From the human T2T-CHM13v2.0 reference genome, Homo sapiens, in the NCBI RefSeq assembly GCF_009914755.1, contig NC_060927.1: a DNA stretch of 64,000 bases. One strand, 5' to 3'. The notes below the pieces were generated by a model. It had not been told where the DNA came from, made no database searches, and worked only from the letters and a program-made list of their open reading frames with translations. Shown here piece by piece: positions 44,054 to 57,214 of the stretch (within the stretch, counting starts at the first letter, position 1; the number at the start of each line of letters is the position of its first letter). A program made the position numbers and the translations under genes.

Positions 44054-44430
44054 AGATGCATAACATGTGTCTTACAGAATTGAAGTTACTAAAACAGAGG
44101 TTTGGTTCATTCATCAATAATGTGAAGTAAAATATATATATATGTGTATACTTTAGTAAAATATATATATATGTATATATAGATGCATAACATGTTTCTT
44201 ACAGAACTGAAGTTACTAAAACAGAGATTTGGTTCATTCATCAATAATGTGAAGTAAAAAGTATATATATATACTTTAGTAAAATATATATATATGTATA
44301 TATAGATGCATAACATGTTTCTTACAGAACTGAAGTTACTAAAACAGAGATTTGGTTCATTCATCAATAATGTGAAGTTATATATATACACATACACACT
44401 TTATATATATACTTTAGTAATATATATATC
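44054..44430. repeat. Tandem triplication of a ~125-bp unit
   Basis: Units start AGATGCATAACATG at 44054, 44181 and 44304. Confidence 0.95.
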
Positions 44431-44559
44431 CCAATATGGCTATGACTAGGATTACACAAATTAATGGCCTCTCCTACTTAATACAGGTCCCAGTCATAAC
44501 ACCTACTAAATAATGTAATTTCCTTCCTTAAAAATGGCTTCACCAATACTAAGATAAAG

Positions 44560-45620
44560 AAAACATCGAAAAAAAAATAAGTAAACGTGGAACACTAGAT
44601 AAATCTCCTTTACAGAATGCCACATAAGTTATATAGATATTTCCTCTCGATGAGGTAGAGCATCACTTCCCACCCATGAAATGTTGGCTACATTTAAGGA
44701 CTTGCTTTCAGATGAACAGTACAGAAGGAAGAAGAAAATAACTTTACAGTGGAAATACCTGGCAAATTCTGCCTTAAGACTGTGATTAAAATTAACATCA
44801 TCAATGGTGAGATAAGTTGACAATATGTGCCCTCGATATGGGATGATGAGAATGGCACTTTACCTCTGGCTTTTCTCCAAAAATTCATAACCTCAGTCTA
44901 ATCATGAGAAAAACATCAGAGAATCACCTCATACCAAACCAGTACACTTAGAAACTGCCAAGTTCTCTAAAAACAAGGAAAGTCTGAGAAAGAGTTACAG
45001 TCTAGAAGAGCTAAAAGGGGACATGACAAATCAATGCAAAGTGGCATCCTAGGTGGAACCCTAGAATAGAAAAAGAAATTAGGTAAATGCTAAGGAAATC
45101 AAAATAAAATATAGACTTTAGTTAATAATAATGTATTAATGTCAGTTTATTAGTTGAACCATGAACAAATGAAGCATGCTGATGTAAGATGTTGACAAAA
45201 GAGAAAGCTGACTGTGGTGAGTATAAAAGCTCTCCATAGTCTGGGCATGGTGGCTCATTCCTGTAATCTCAGCACTTTGGGAGGCTGAGGAAGGTGGATT
45301 GCTTGAGGTCAGGAGTTTGAGACCAGCCTAGCCAACATGGTGAAACTCCATCTCTATAAAAAATACAAAAAATTAGCTAGGCATCGTGGGGTGTGCCTAT
45401 AATCCCAGCTACGCAGGAGGCTGAGGCGTGAGAATGGCTTGAATCAGAGATGGGGAGGTTGCAGTGAGCCGAGATCATGCCACAGCACTCCAGCCTGGGA
45501 GACACAGCAAGACTCTGTCTCAAAACAACAACAACCACATCAAACAACGAAACCTGTCTGCACTACCTTTGCAACTTTCCTGTAAATCTAAAACTCTTCT
45601 AAAGCAGTTTATTCTTTAAA
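44560..45620 (+). mobile_element. L1MC3/4-type 3' UTR interrupted by an Alu
   Basis: AACTTTACAGTGGAAATACCTGGCAAA, CAGTCTAATCATGAGAAAAACATCAGA and TTTGCAACTTTCCTGTAAATCTAAAAC. Confidence 0.75.
45238..45550 (+). mobile_element. Older Alu (Sz/Jb-like)
   Basis: Dimeric Alu; GGATTGCTTGAGGTCAGGAG; (AAC)n tail. Confidence 0.9.
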
Positions 45621-45699
45621 TAAAATAATGATGGCAGAAACTTTAAAATGTAAAATTTTCTGAAAAAAAGGCAGCCAGGAGAATGTAAAGGGCACATCA

Positions 45700-46395
45700 T
45701 GTCATACACACAGTAAAATATTATTTAGTCTTAAAATGGAAAGAAATTCTTTGAGAGGCCAAGGTGGGTGGATCATCTGAGGTCAGGAGTTAGAGACTGG
45801 CCTGGCCAACCTGGTGTAACCCTGTCTCTACTGAAAATACAAAAATTAGCTGGGCGTGGTGGCGAGTGCCTGTAATCCCAGCTACTCAGGAGGCTAAGGC
45901 AGGAGAATCACTTGAACCTGGGAGGCAGAGGTTGCAGTGAGCCGAGATCATGCCATTTTACTCTAGCCCGGGCAACAGAACGAGACTCCATCTCACAAAA
46001 AAAAAAAAAAAAGAAAGAAAGAAAGAGAAAAATGGAAAGGAATTTTGGTAAATGCTACAATACAAATGAGTATTGAGGATGTTATGCTATGTGAAATAAG
46101 CCAGTCACAAAAATAAATAAATAAATAAAACCAGATACTATATTATTCCACTTTTATGAAGTACTTACAGTAGTCAAAATCCAAGAGATAGAAAGTAGAA
46201 TGGTGGTTGCCAGAGGCTGATGAGAGGTGGGAGTGGGGAGTTTCAGTGTTCAATGAGTACACAGTTTCAGTTGAGGAAGATGAAAAAAGAAAGTTCTGGA
46301 GATGGATGGCAGTGATCGTTGCACAACAATGTGAGTGTGTTCACACTTAAAAATTGTCAAAACGATAAATTTTAGGTTGTCTATATTTTACTTGA
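45700..46395 (+). mobile_element. L1MB-type 3' end interrupted by an Alu
   Basis: GTGAAATAAGCCAGTCACA, GAAAGTAGAATGGTGGTTGCCAG and GTTCTGGAGATGGATGG. Confidence 0.8.
45749..46028 (+). mobile_element. 5'-truncated AluSx-type SINE
   Basis: Starts at CTTTGAGAGGCC; TSD AAAATGGAAAG(A/G)AATT at 45733-45748 and 46029-46044. Confidence 0.9.
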
Positions 46396-48396
46396 GTAGA
46401 AAAGTGCCTATGTCAAAATAAATTCATACTTATGTAGGAGTGTATGTTCTTTTAAAAAAGGTGTCATAAATTTTTATTCATTCTATTAGTTAATACCTCT
46501 TAGAGCCTAGAGTGGCACCTAAAATGCATCAGGTATTTAAGAAATAGATGTTGGATGAAAAAATCAAGAGGTAATAATTAAGATTTAATTAAACAAGAGA
46601 AGAAAGATCTGACTTCATAAAGAAACTCAAAATTTAATGGCACTATCACACATTTAATTTGATTATCACGACTTTTACTTCAATGTAATGAAGATAGGTA
46701 AATTCCTGCCTTGAGAAGAGTACAATTTTTATAGGTATATATACTTTCTTTTTTAAGTTATATTGGCAAAGATTAAATCATTGCCCTTGAAAATTCTTAT
46801 AAAAGAAAAAATGTAGTTTCCATACATCTGTGGATTTAAAATTTACATGTTTAACATAAGCGTGACATTAAACCAACCCAATTCAAGTATGTACTGTTCC
46901 CCTATATGGAGAAAAAGCAACATTTAGAGTGAAATTTGAAATGTTTTATGCCCTTGTTAGCATATATTATTTTGAAGCATGAAATATCACTTCCAAAAAT
47001 CATTAAGTGAGGTATTCCAAGGCCTTTTTGGAGGCCTACGTCTGACCTCTAGGCTTAGGTGCTCTATTTAGGCTGCACTATCTCTGGAAGAAGCCTCCAC
47101 CATCCACTGGGTCTATATTTTTATCCCAAATACAATTTACCATGGCCAATACATATTTTTTTCACTGGAGCTTTTTGCATGCTTTTCCAGAGAGCCTTTC
47201 CTTAAAAATTAAACTTATTGAGTTACAATCATCAGTAGCTTTTTCTTTCTAGTGAAGTTGTAAAGTCTGCCTTGAGAGGCAGTATCCCCAAATGTCAGAT
47301 ATTGAAACCGCCTTTAGAATTATTAGCACAATGACAAGTTGGCATATGTCTTGAGGGCAACATTTTACTGACCGGCATTGAGAATGAATAGATAATATTG
47401 GCAGGAGCTGGAATCAATAAATTTATTAAACGTTTCATTTCAGATGTTTAAATTTATTTTAAAATATTTACTGTAATAATTGCATCTGCTAAAATGAATT
47501 AACCAGATATGCTAAATGCTTTAAAATTATCATCCAATTTAATTATCAAAATAACAATATGATAGAAGATTATATTGACTATTAAATAGAGGAAGAAACT
47601 GAAGTTTACATAATTAAAATTAAATATCTGGATCACAATTCACTCAGCAGGATATCAAGAATTTTGATTCTATCACAGGTAATGTCATTCTCCAGAAATC
47701 ATACACTCAGCAATGATCGAAGAAGTATTTTTAATGAAGATGCTAAGCATGAAATTTGAGTCTCACAGTGTAGTTTTTATACTTAGGTTTAAAGTCAACA
47801 GTGAAAGTTATTTGACAGTTCAAAGTACAGATATTTCCATTATTTAACCTGTAATTTACTTCTAAATTAAACTTAGAGGCAGAGATTTGTGTTATATCAA
47901 AACAATAGAAAAATCTAATATGCGCACAGTTAGATCTAAGTTTCAACATTTCAACATTTTAAAAAATCATACTCTCCTTCCAGATATCTCATCTTTCCAT
48001 TCACGAATAGGATAAGTGAAAGGTTGGATTAGTTACCAGAGTGCTTTCTGGTAGAAGAATTTGTGTTTGCATAAGACAGCTTCAAAGACTAAAAAGTCAC
48101 AGGATCATTTCCTGGTGTGTTTTCTCATTTCTCCCTTGGTCTTCCATTTTCCTCACCTCTTACTTTCATTAACAGTTTTCCTCTTTTAGGTCTCTTTTCA
48201 TTTTTAAATCTTTTCTAGACTCTTGTTCCATTTCCTTTTTTGTTCTTTTGTTCATATTACCTCTCCCCCATAGAGCTCAGAGTTGGGAAAGGATGACTCA
48301 GATGAAACATTTTGAAATACAGCTTGGTATTATATTCCTCTTTCCACCCACCATTACTTGATTTGTGTCTGTAAGTCCCTTATTCTAAATATTATT

Positions 48397-48997
48397 ATTA
48401 TTATTATTTATTATACTTTAAGTTTTAGGGTACATGTGCACAACGTGCAGGTTAGTTACATATGTATACATGTGCCATGTTGGTGTGCTGCACCCATTAA
48501 CTCCTCATTTAACATTAGGTATATCTCCTAATGCTATCCCTCCCCCCTCCCCCCACCCCACAACAGTCTCCAGTGTGTGATGTTCCCCTTCCTGTGTCCA
48601 TGCGTTCTCATTGTTCAGTTCCTACCTGAGTGAGAACATGTGGTGTTTGGTTTTTTGTCTTTGCAATAGTTTGCTGAGAATGATGGTTTCCAGCTTCATC
48701 CATGTCCCTACGAAGGACATGAACTCATCATTTTTTATGGCTGCATAGTATTCCATGCAATCTACTCATCTGACAAAGGGCTAATATCCAAAATCTACAA
48801 TGAACTCAAACAAATTTACAAGAAAAAAACAAACAACCCCATCAACAAGTAAGCGAAGGATATGAACAGACACTTCTCAAAAGAAGATATTTATGCAGCC
48901 AAAAGACACATGAAAAAATGCTCATCATCACTGGCTATCAGAGAAATGCAAATCAAAACCACAATGAGATACCATTTCACACCAGTTAGAATGGCAA
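48397..48997 (-). mobile_element. 5'-truncated, 5'-inverted L1PA (PA3/PA4-like)
   Basis: Antisense 3' UTR at 48397-48757 is joined to a sense ORF2 piece at 48758-48997; TSD TCTAAATATTATT at 48384-48396 and 48998-49010. Confidence 0.93.
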
Positions 48998-49196
48998 TCT
49001 AAATATTATTTTGACTCGAAGACTAAAATAAGTATAAAATTACATTTTATTTTTTTCTCATTCAATCTCTCCCTACATTGTCCTGCCAAAAATATTGGGA
49101 ATATAGAAATAGCACATGTATTTGTTATTAGATCAAAATTTTAATTATCATCTTGATTTTTAACAGTAACTATTGCCTTCTGTTTATATTTTCCAT

Positions 49197-49541
49197 TATA
49201 TTAGTCCATTCAAGCTGCTATCACAAAATCAAAAACTAAGCCACTTAGTTTTTGGAAACAGGAAAGTTCAAGATCAAGGCTCTGTGAGATTCAGGGTCTG
49301 ATGAGTGCTTTCCACGTCATAAATGGTACCTTCCGGTTGTGTTCCTACATGGTGGGAAGGGCAAAGCAGCTTTCTGAGGCCTCTTTTATTATAAGGTCAA
49401 TAATCTCATTCATGAGGGTTCTGTCCTCATGATTTAATCACCTCTCAAAGGACACATCTTGTAATATTATTGCACTGGTGATTAGGTTTTAACATATGAA
49501 TTTGCTGGAGTGGGGGGAACACAAACATTTAGACCATGGCA
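49197..49541 (-). mobile_element. MLT1A-like MaLR solo LTR
   Basis: TATATTAGTCCATTCAAGCTGCTATCACAAAAT...AAGTTCAAGATCAAGG...ACACAAACATTTAGACCATGGCA. Confidence 0.8.
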
Positions 49542-49949
49542 CCAGCCAATGGCAATGTTGTTTAATGTTTACCCAATAGGCAAGATTATTTGAACTAAAT
49601 AAAATAAATCCTTAGTGAAATTGTTTACACATAGTTCTGGTTTAAGTTATAGTTTGTCTTCCTCATTTAAAATATTTTTTTTTCCAAGCTTAGATTGAGA
49701 TTTCATTTCCCATGTGATCATTATTACTTTTCTAACTGTATAAAAGTCAAAATAATAAATCATATTTAGTAATCTACCAATATAGAATATTAAAGAGGCT
49801 CTGAGAATACAATAAAGAAATAATAAAGTTTTGGAAAAAGTTTAAATAGTATTGGGCCATCTTTATTCACATCCCTCAGAAACATAAACATACATGCATA
49901 TAAACATACATGCATACATTGCTACTATATGAAGCACGTATGTACATAT

Positions 49950-50770
49950 CCAGTGATATAGCACCCAGATAGGCCCTCACTAAAGGACTTGTTACCCCAG
50001 CTGCTGAAGGTGTACCAATGGTCTTCATACTGCTCTTCTTGATTGCCTCAGATGCAGAGTTCTGCTGCTCAAGGGGACTTTCTGCTGTGGTTTGGATGTT
50101 TGTTCTTTCCAAATCTTATGTTTGACCTCTCATATGGTAGTGTTTCACCTAGTGGTGGGTGTTCGGGTTATGGTGGTGGATCTTTAATGAAAGGTTCTAT
50201 TTACTGAGTAGTGAGTGATTTTTGTTCTGGTTCCGGTGAGATAGGATTAGGTATTGAGGGAATAAATTAGTTCCCATGACTATGGGTAGTTATAAAGTGA
50301 GGTTTGTCCTCCTATTTGGCCCACTTTCACACATGGTCACTTCCCCTTTGACCTTCTCTTTCATGTTTTCACTTACCCCAAGAGCCCTCACCAAATGCCA
50401 AGAAGATGCCAGTGCCTTGTTTCTTGTACAGCCTGTGGAATTATGAGCCAAGTAAGGCCTTTTTCTTTATAAATTTCCCAGCCTCAGGTATTCCTTTATA
50501 GCAACACATAACGGACTAAGACACCTTCCTACTCCCAAGTGACCCACATTACTCCATGACTGATAAATGTCGGAATATAAAAGTCAAGCTCCAGAAAACC
50601 CTGCGGGGTCAGCTGAAAATGTGTTAGGGCTGCATTTCTGCTTGGCTTCCTTCTCTGCCCAATTCTGTTTCCATCGTCTCCCTTCCACAGATGTTGGTCC
50701 CAGAATTGCTTCTTAATAAATATCCTGCAGGCTCAACTCCTTCTCAGAGTCTGTTTTCTGGGAGACACAT
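49950..50770 (+). mobile_element. LTR16A-like ERVL LTR split by an MST LTR
   Basis: GGACTTGTTACCCCAGCTGCTG; 3' CTTAATAAATATCCTGCAGGCTCAACTCCTTCTCAGAGTCTGTTTTCTGGGA. Confidence 0.7.
50083..50523 (+). mobile_element. MSTB-like MaLR solo LTR
   Basis: TGCTGTGGTTTGGATGTTTG...CCCAGCCTCAGGTATTCCTTTATAGCAACACATAACGGACTAAGACA; TSD CTTTC/CCTTC. Confidence 0.85.
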
Positions 50771-52400
50771 AAATAATTTTCTAATATCTTTTTATTATTT
50801 TATATTTACAATAATTTAAATTATTTTAAAATTGTTATACACACTTTTAAAAATTAAATTACTCTTAGTTGCAATCAATTCTATGACCCTTATATCATTC
50901 AAGGTAAGTAATGCAAAGAGATATTTCTATAACCTATAAAGCTGAATCATTACAAATCTTAAATTCACACATGCATAATAACAATTTTACCTATGAGGGT
51001 ACCAATTTCATAAAAAGAATGTCTGGAAATAAATTAGAAAAAGAAGCAACAAACAACACACAGCTTAAAAATAAATGTTCCAATAAAGTCATTTTTGCCG
51101 ATAAAAATTGGACCTATAATATATCTCCACTCTTTCAAGGAGAAAAAGTGAGAAGGGGTAAAATGAAATGTGAGCAGAACAAAAGAAAAACAAGTGACTC
51201 CCTGATGACAGGAACTCTGTGACCTATAGTCCGTGACCTTCAGGTCTAAATGGGTAGTATACCTTGACACTCTGAGCACTCCTGCAGCAGGCAGCAGATG
51301 TTTCTAAATGATTACAATGTGCTACAACACTGAAGATAATATAAATTTCTTTTCAGAAAACATTTTCAGAACCTAGTAATTAAAATTGTTATGTCATTTA
51401 GTAGATCTGGAAATGAAGACCAATTAAACAGAAAATAAAAGCACGACAAGAGTGGGGAGAGGGTGAGGAGAAGATCTCTTTTCACTCAAACAAGAAAATT
51501 AAAGCTGTATTTTCCCTACCGTTTGCACAGTGTTCTCAATTACCAGTGTATGACCTAACAAAAGAGTTCTATAGCAAAATCCACAGACATCTTTATGTTA
51601 CATCATCCATTTTGACTCAAGTTTATTTGGGGACCTAGTTGTTTTTAGAGTCACTTGGATTACAAAGTAACTACAATAACAAAAACAACTATTGAAGAAA
51701 CATGAAACAATATATACTCCTTCAAACATTTTTGCATTTGAAATTCATGTTTGTCACTGACCATCTCACTACTGATGCTATTAACGGGAATAATATCAAA
51801 TTAATATCTGAGAATACCATATTAATATAATGGGAATTATACCAAAATATGTTTTCAATCCTCGGGGTGCCCATCAGAATAACCCCCCACAAAATATGAT
51901 CCATTCAAATAATTTTAGGGGCAGCCTGGATGAATTATAAATTATTAATGCTTCTTTCGTAACTCCATTCCACATACCCATTTAAACTACCACAATTATT
52001 GATTTGACATCACTCATTACAAAAAATTCTCAAGCCTGTCTATATCTTATGAGATGACAATCAACCATTAGGTTTGAGAAGGGTTTGAATTCAGACCAGA
52101 TATGAGAACAGAAAGTTTAAATTTTAGCTCTAACTCCATCCTCACTTCACAATATAATAAATAAATATACATTTGACTTTTAATGCAAATGGACTTCCCC
52201 TAGGTACAGAACATACAAAACGTCTCTGGGTTTGGTTTTATTCTGTTTGTTGTTGTTGTTGTTTAATGAGCACAGGCTATTTTGGATTTATTTCCAGTCA
52301 GTTCCTTTTAATCAACTTTGAAAAGATCTAGAAAGTTATACTTCAAATTTGATAATTAAAAAACCTATTTTTCCCTTTGATAAATATTACTAGCTATTGA

Positions 52401-52774
<374 letters not shown>

Positions 52775-53018
52775 TGAGTCCTATTTTCTGATCCTTTGAA
52801 ATCTATATAACAAATAAATAAGATTAATTCAATAGTGGTTTAGACTGCAAAGTTAAGCTTTATTTTCTAAAGCTTTCTAGAGATGCATTTTAGGACTCAT
52901 TAAGTATTTGCTTTGTGGACATAAAATATCAAACAACATTTAAATCTAAATAGGTATCTGTACCTGAGATTAATTTTTAAATTCAATTACACAATTTTCA
53001 GGTCAATGATTGGTTTTC

Positions 53019-53345
<327 letters not shown>

Positions 53346-54159
53346 TCAACCACTATTAAAAATATTTTGCCCTGGAAAAGTTGATGAAGATATACAAGAT
53401 ATCTTTCTCAGAGTGTGACTCTGAACAAACATAAATTAATGTAATCTAATTTTTCAAAAGTGGAATTGTAATTAAGACAAGAACAACCAAAAATAAGCAG
53501 TAATCATTTATTATTGAACTATCTATTATTATGTTTAGTATTGAACTAGCATACCATTTATGCAAGATTATTAAATTGATACTGAAGGCATTTTGAAGTA
53601 TTCCTTTTTCTCCTTCCCTCTACGCTTGATATTTGGTGATTTTAGGCTTTCAGGGTAAGATTTTTTTTTCTGATAAATTTCAATGTTGAGAAGAGAGAAA
53701 ATGTATCATCTTGTACATAGACTGGGCTATAAATTTTGACATAAGGTAACAAATTAGAAATAATTTATTGATTCCTTTTTATTACTTGTTGGTAGAAGTG
53801 ATATCACTCTAACAACACTGACTAAAGCCATTTCAGATTTTCAGTTTTTCTCTATACCAATTTATTTCTGATTATTATTCCTTGTGTGCCTCTCCCTTGA
53901 TCTGGTTCTCATGGTCTGTCTCTACATAAATAAACTGGTAAAAAGCATTAGAAGGTCGGCACTGATCAGGTGCTGATTGGCTTAGAGAGGAGGAAGTTCC
54001 AAGATAGAGTACTTGAGGGAAAAAAAATGGAAAACATATATAGAGAAAAAGGATCAACTCTTTCCTTTCTAACTGGAATTTAATTAGCTGTCATCTTTTG
54101 GTTCCATCTTACATGGTTAATTTCAAAAAGAAGGTTGACAACACTGTACTACTTATGCT

Positions 54160-54209
54160 TTTTTTTTTTTTTACCCAAATACTTAAGTATTTGGGTAAAA
54201 AAAAAAAAA
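54160..54209. repeat. Perfect 50-bp palindrome with no spacer
   Basis: T13-ACCCAAATACTTAAGTATTTGGGT-A13 equals its own reverse complement. Confidence 0.97.
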
Positions 54210-54267
54210 GAGAGAAAGAGAAAAGCAGAGACAGAAAGAGATAGAGATAAAGACAAAGAGATTGAGC

Positions 54268-54594
54268 CAACCAGGATAGGCTAGATTAAGCTGTGGTAAT
54301 AAATAACCCCCTAAATTTTAGTGGTTTAAACAAAAAAGATTTGGGGGCAGTTATTGTTAATACCAAGTGTCCATCAAAAATTGGGGAAGGCCTTTTTCTA
54401 TCTTATCTTTATTCAGAAATCCAGCCTGCATTGTCCAGAAGAGAAGTAAGGTAAACCGTACCCCAGCTCTTAAATGCTTCTGCTTACCTTGGTCAAGACA
54501 ACTCATTTGGTCATGTCTAATTTTAAGGGAAAAAGTTCCTATATCCCCAGAAGGAGAACTTAAATTCTTAGTGAAAAATTTAATGCCTATCATA
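54268..54594 (-). mobile_element. Old MLT1 (K/L-like) LTR
   Basis: CAGGATAGGCTAGATTAAGCTGTGGTAATAAATAACCCCCTAAATTTTAGTGGTTTAAACAA. Confidence 0.65.
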
Positions 54595-55034
54595 GCTTAA
54601 TTTTTTTTCACATAGGAACACAAGATTGCATATATAAATATGAATATGAGGATGGATAGATAGATAGATTTTGGTTGGAGATGATTTAGTATTTACATCC
54701 AATACTTAGGACTGCACCTATTCCAGCATCATTTTCTAATAGTAGATTTGAAAAGTATGTGCTTTATTTCTCTGTAGAGTGAAAAATCAAAAAATAAAAT
54801 AAAACTACAATGAGATTTGAGAGAGTAACTTTAAGAGTTAATCATGCTATAAATGTATTTCAATAACTAAGTGTCTTGCTGAAAAATATACTTACAGTGT
54901 TTTTTGTGTTATATCAAATGTGTAAAAACAATATAAATAAAAAGATAAATACATGTCAAGAGAGTTGGTATAGAAGTAGCAATCCAACAATTCTCTTCTT
55001 TAATATAAATAGAGATTTGCCAGCTTTTCAGCAG

Positions 55035-55252
55035 TGACCCCTTGTGCTTCCCAGGTGAGGCGATGCCTCGCCCTCCTTCGGCTAACGCTTGGTGGGCTGT
55101 ACCCATTTTCCTGCCCACACTGTCCGACAAGCCCCAGTGAGATGAACCCGGTGCCTCAGTTGGAAATGCAGAAATCACCCGTCTTCTGCATTGCTCACAC
55201 TGGGAGCTGTAGACTGGAGCTGTTCCTATTTTGCCATCTTGGAACTGCCCCC
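55035..55252 (-). mobile_element. Isolated first ~218 nt of an L1PA 5' UTR
   Basis: Reverse complement reads GGGGGCAGTTCCAAGATGGCAAAATAGGAACAGCTCCAGTCTACAGCTCCCAG...GGGAAGCACAAGGGGTCA. Confidence 0.93.
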
Positions 55253-57214
55253 TATTTTTCAATGCTTCTATTAATACTCTGTAAATTTACTAATGCATTT
55301 CTACAATATTTATGAACTTGTTCTTTAGAGATACATATTTTCTGACCTTTACTGTGGTAAACATTAAGCTTTATTTTTACCTTCAACCCTAGGATCTTGT
55401 AATGTGAAGAAAAAGTTGTATAGTTTTAGGAAAAGTAGATCTAGACTGGATAAAGTTAATAAAATGTTCCAAAAAGTATCGCTACAAAATAAAAAAACGT
55501 TAAGACTTTTAGGATCATATTTTTTTAAACTGATCCACATATGAATAATGAAGTAACAGATTTGAAACAGTAAAACTCATCCTTGATCAAATCTTATTCA
55601 CTTACTATTGCTTGCTTAAAAACAGAAATATGATAATTATCTCAGATTTCGAAAGCAAAAAGCAACAGTGAAAACTGAAAAATTCTTCACACCAGTTTTC
55701 CAGAACTCATTATCCATGTTTAAAACACACACACACGCACGCACATACACAGGATTTACACATTCAGAGTAGAAAATCTCAACGTTAAGCAGTGACCATT
55801 TCTTGGTAATCACATCTATGTTTATTTCAGCAAAGCAATAAAAAAAATTTGATGTTTTTGTAGCAAGCATTTCAAAATCAATCAATTTGACCACGAGAAA
55901 AACCATTCTGACCAAACAAGGATTCTGAGTCTTTAATTTGATGGTAGCTCTGTCATGTGTGTTAGATAATTAATGTTAACAACACAGGTTTCTAGGCTAT
56001 CAAGTCTTTTGGAACGCTGAAGTGATCCACTTTTTATTCTGTTACCCTCCCTCCCTCTATGCTGCCTGTATGATTTTGAAATCCAGTCCTTTCTTCGGAG
56101 CATCTGGCATAAATCTCCATCAGACATGAAGAAGAAGGGGCGAATTCTATGGTCTGCATGGGAACAGCCTGACAGCTGCCTGTTTAATCCCTTGACAATG
56201 CAAAAATTTCTTCAAGGAGGGAATCTCACTTAACATGCAAACAGAGAGGCCCAACACATTTGGTCCCGTTCCATATTAGTGATATTAATTAGAATGTAAT
56301 AAAACTGCATTTTTTTTTTCTGGAAAAGCAGTTCAAAAGATAGAAAATGAATTTTCTTATGTCGGCTTTTAGATTTACATAGTACGTTTGAAATTGTATT
56401 GTGTATTTACAGATGTCAGTATCTGACATACTGATGACTTTGATACTACTGTAATGTAATAGTTTGCTAAAAGACTTAAGGAATTTTTTTACTTGAGACC
56501 CAGAATGTAGGATGGATATGGAAAAGAAGAGAGATGTCATGGATGGACATAGATAATTTTTATGTTTTTATATTTGTGTTTTTACTTATATTTTGTCCTC
56601 GAAGCACCCAATAGCTTTCACCAGATGATTCTTACCATCAGGGTTGAGATCTTGTTCATCTTTGTGATGCCAGACAGAATTGCATTTGCCAGAAACTTTC
56701 TATGCCTGTCTCCCAAAAAGTTATAGCTATTTGACCTCATATGACATATTCCATGACTCTAGTCTTTTTTAGTAACGCATTCCAGCAATTCAAAGCCTTA
56801 GAGCCATAAAGAAATGCTACTAAATGGAAACTCAAGGAGAGAAAGGCAAATACTGTTTCCCATTTATTACTCTGGCATTCACTCCAAAACTGGCTGAATT
56901 ATTTTACTTCCCACTATGGTCAGCACCCCTCCTTGCATTGACCATCATCCAAATTAGAGAGGAGCCTGATCTGAATTTACTCTAAAAAAAAAAAACAAAA
57001 AACAAAAAAAAAACTTGATAAATTTGATCATTTCTAGCTCCTTCTTTGTGTTTCTAATCTGTAAAATGGAGCTGTAATTATGTCTCAGTTTAACCTATGA
57101 CAACGGAGACAACCTTGGGACAATTAGAATTTCATTAGAATCACTATCAAAAGGAATCCTCTAATTACAAGTCTCATTCTTGTTTTACATTCTCCTCAGA
57201 ATGTTTCAGATTAA

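Noticed and set aside
54909-55315. 117-aa and 93-aa ORFs
   Set aside because: Chance frames across the GC-richer L1 5' UTR fragment; the fragment ends before the ORF0 region.
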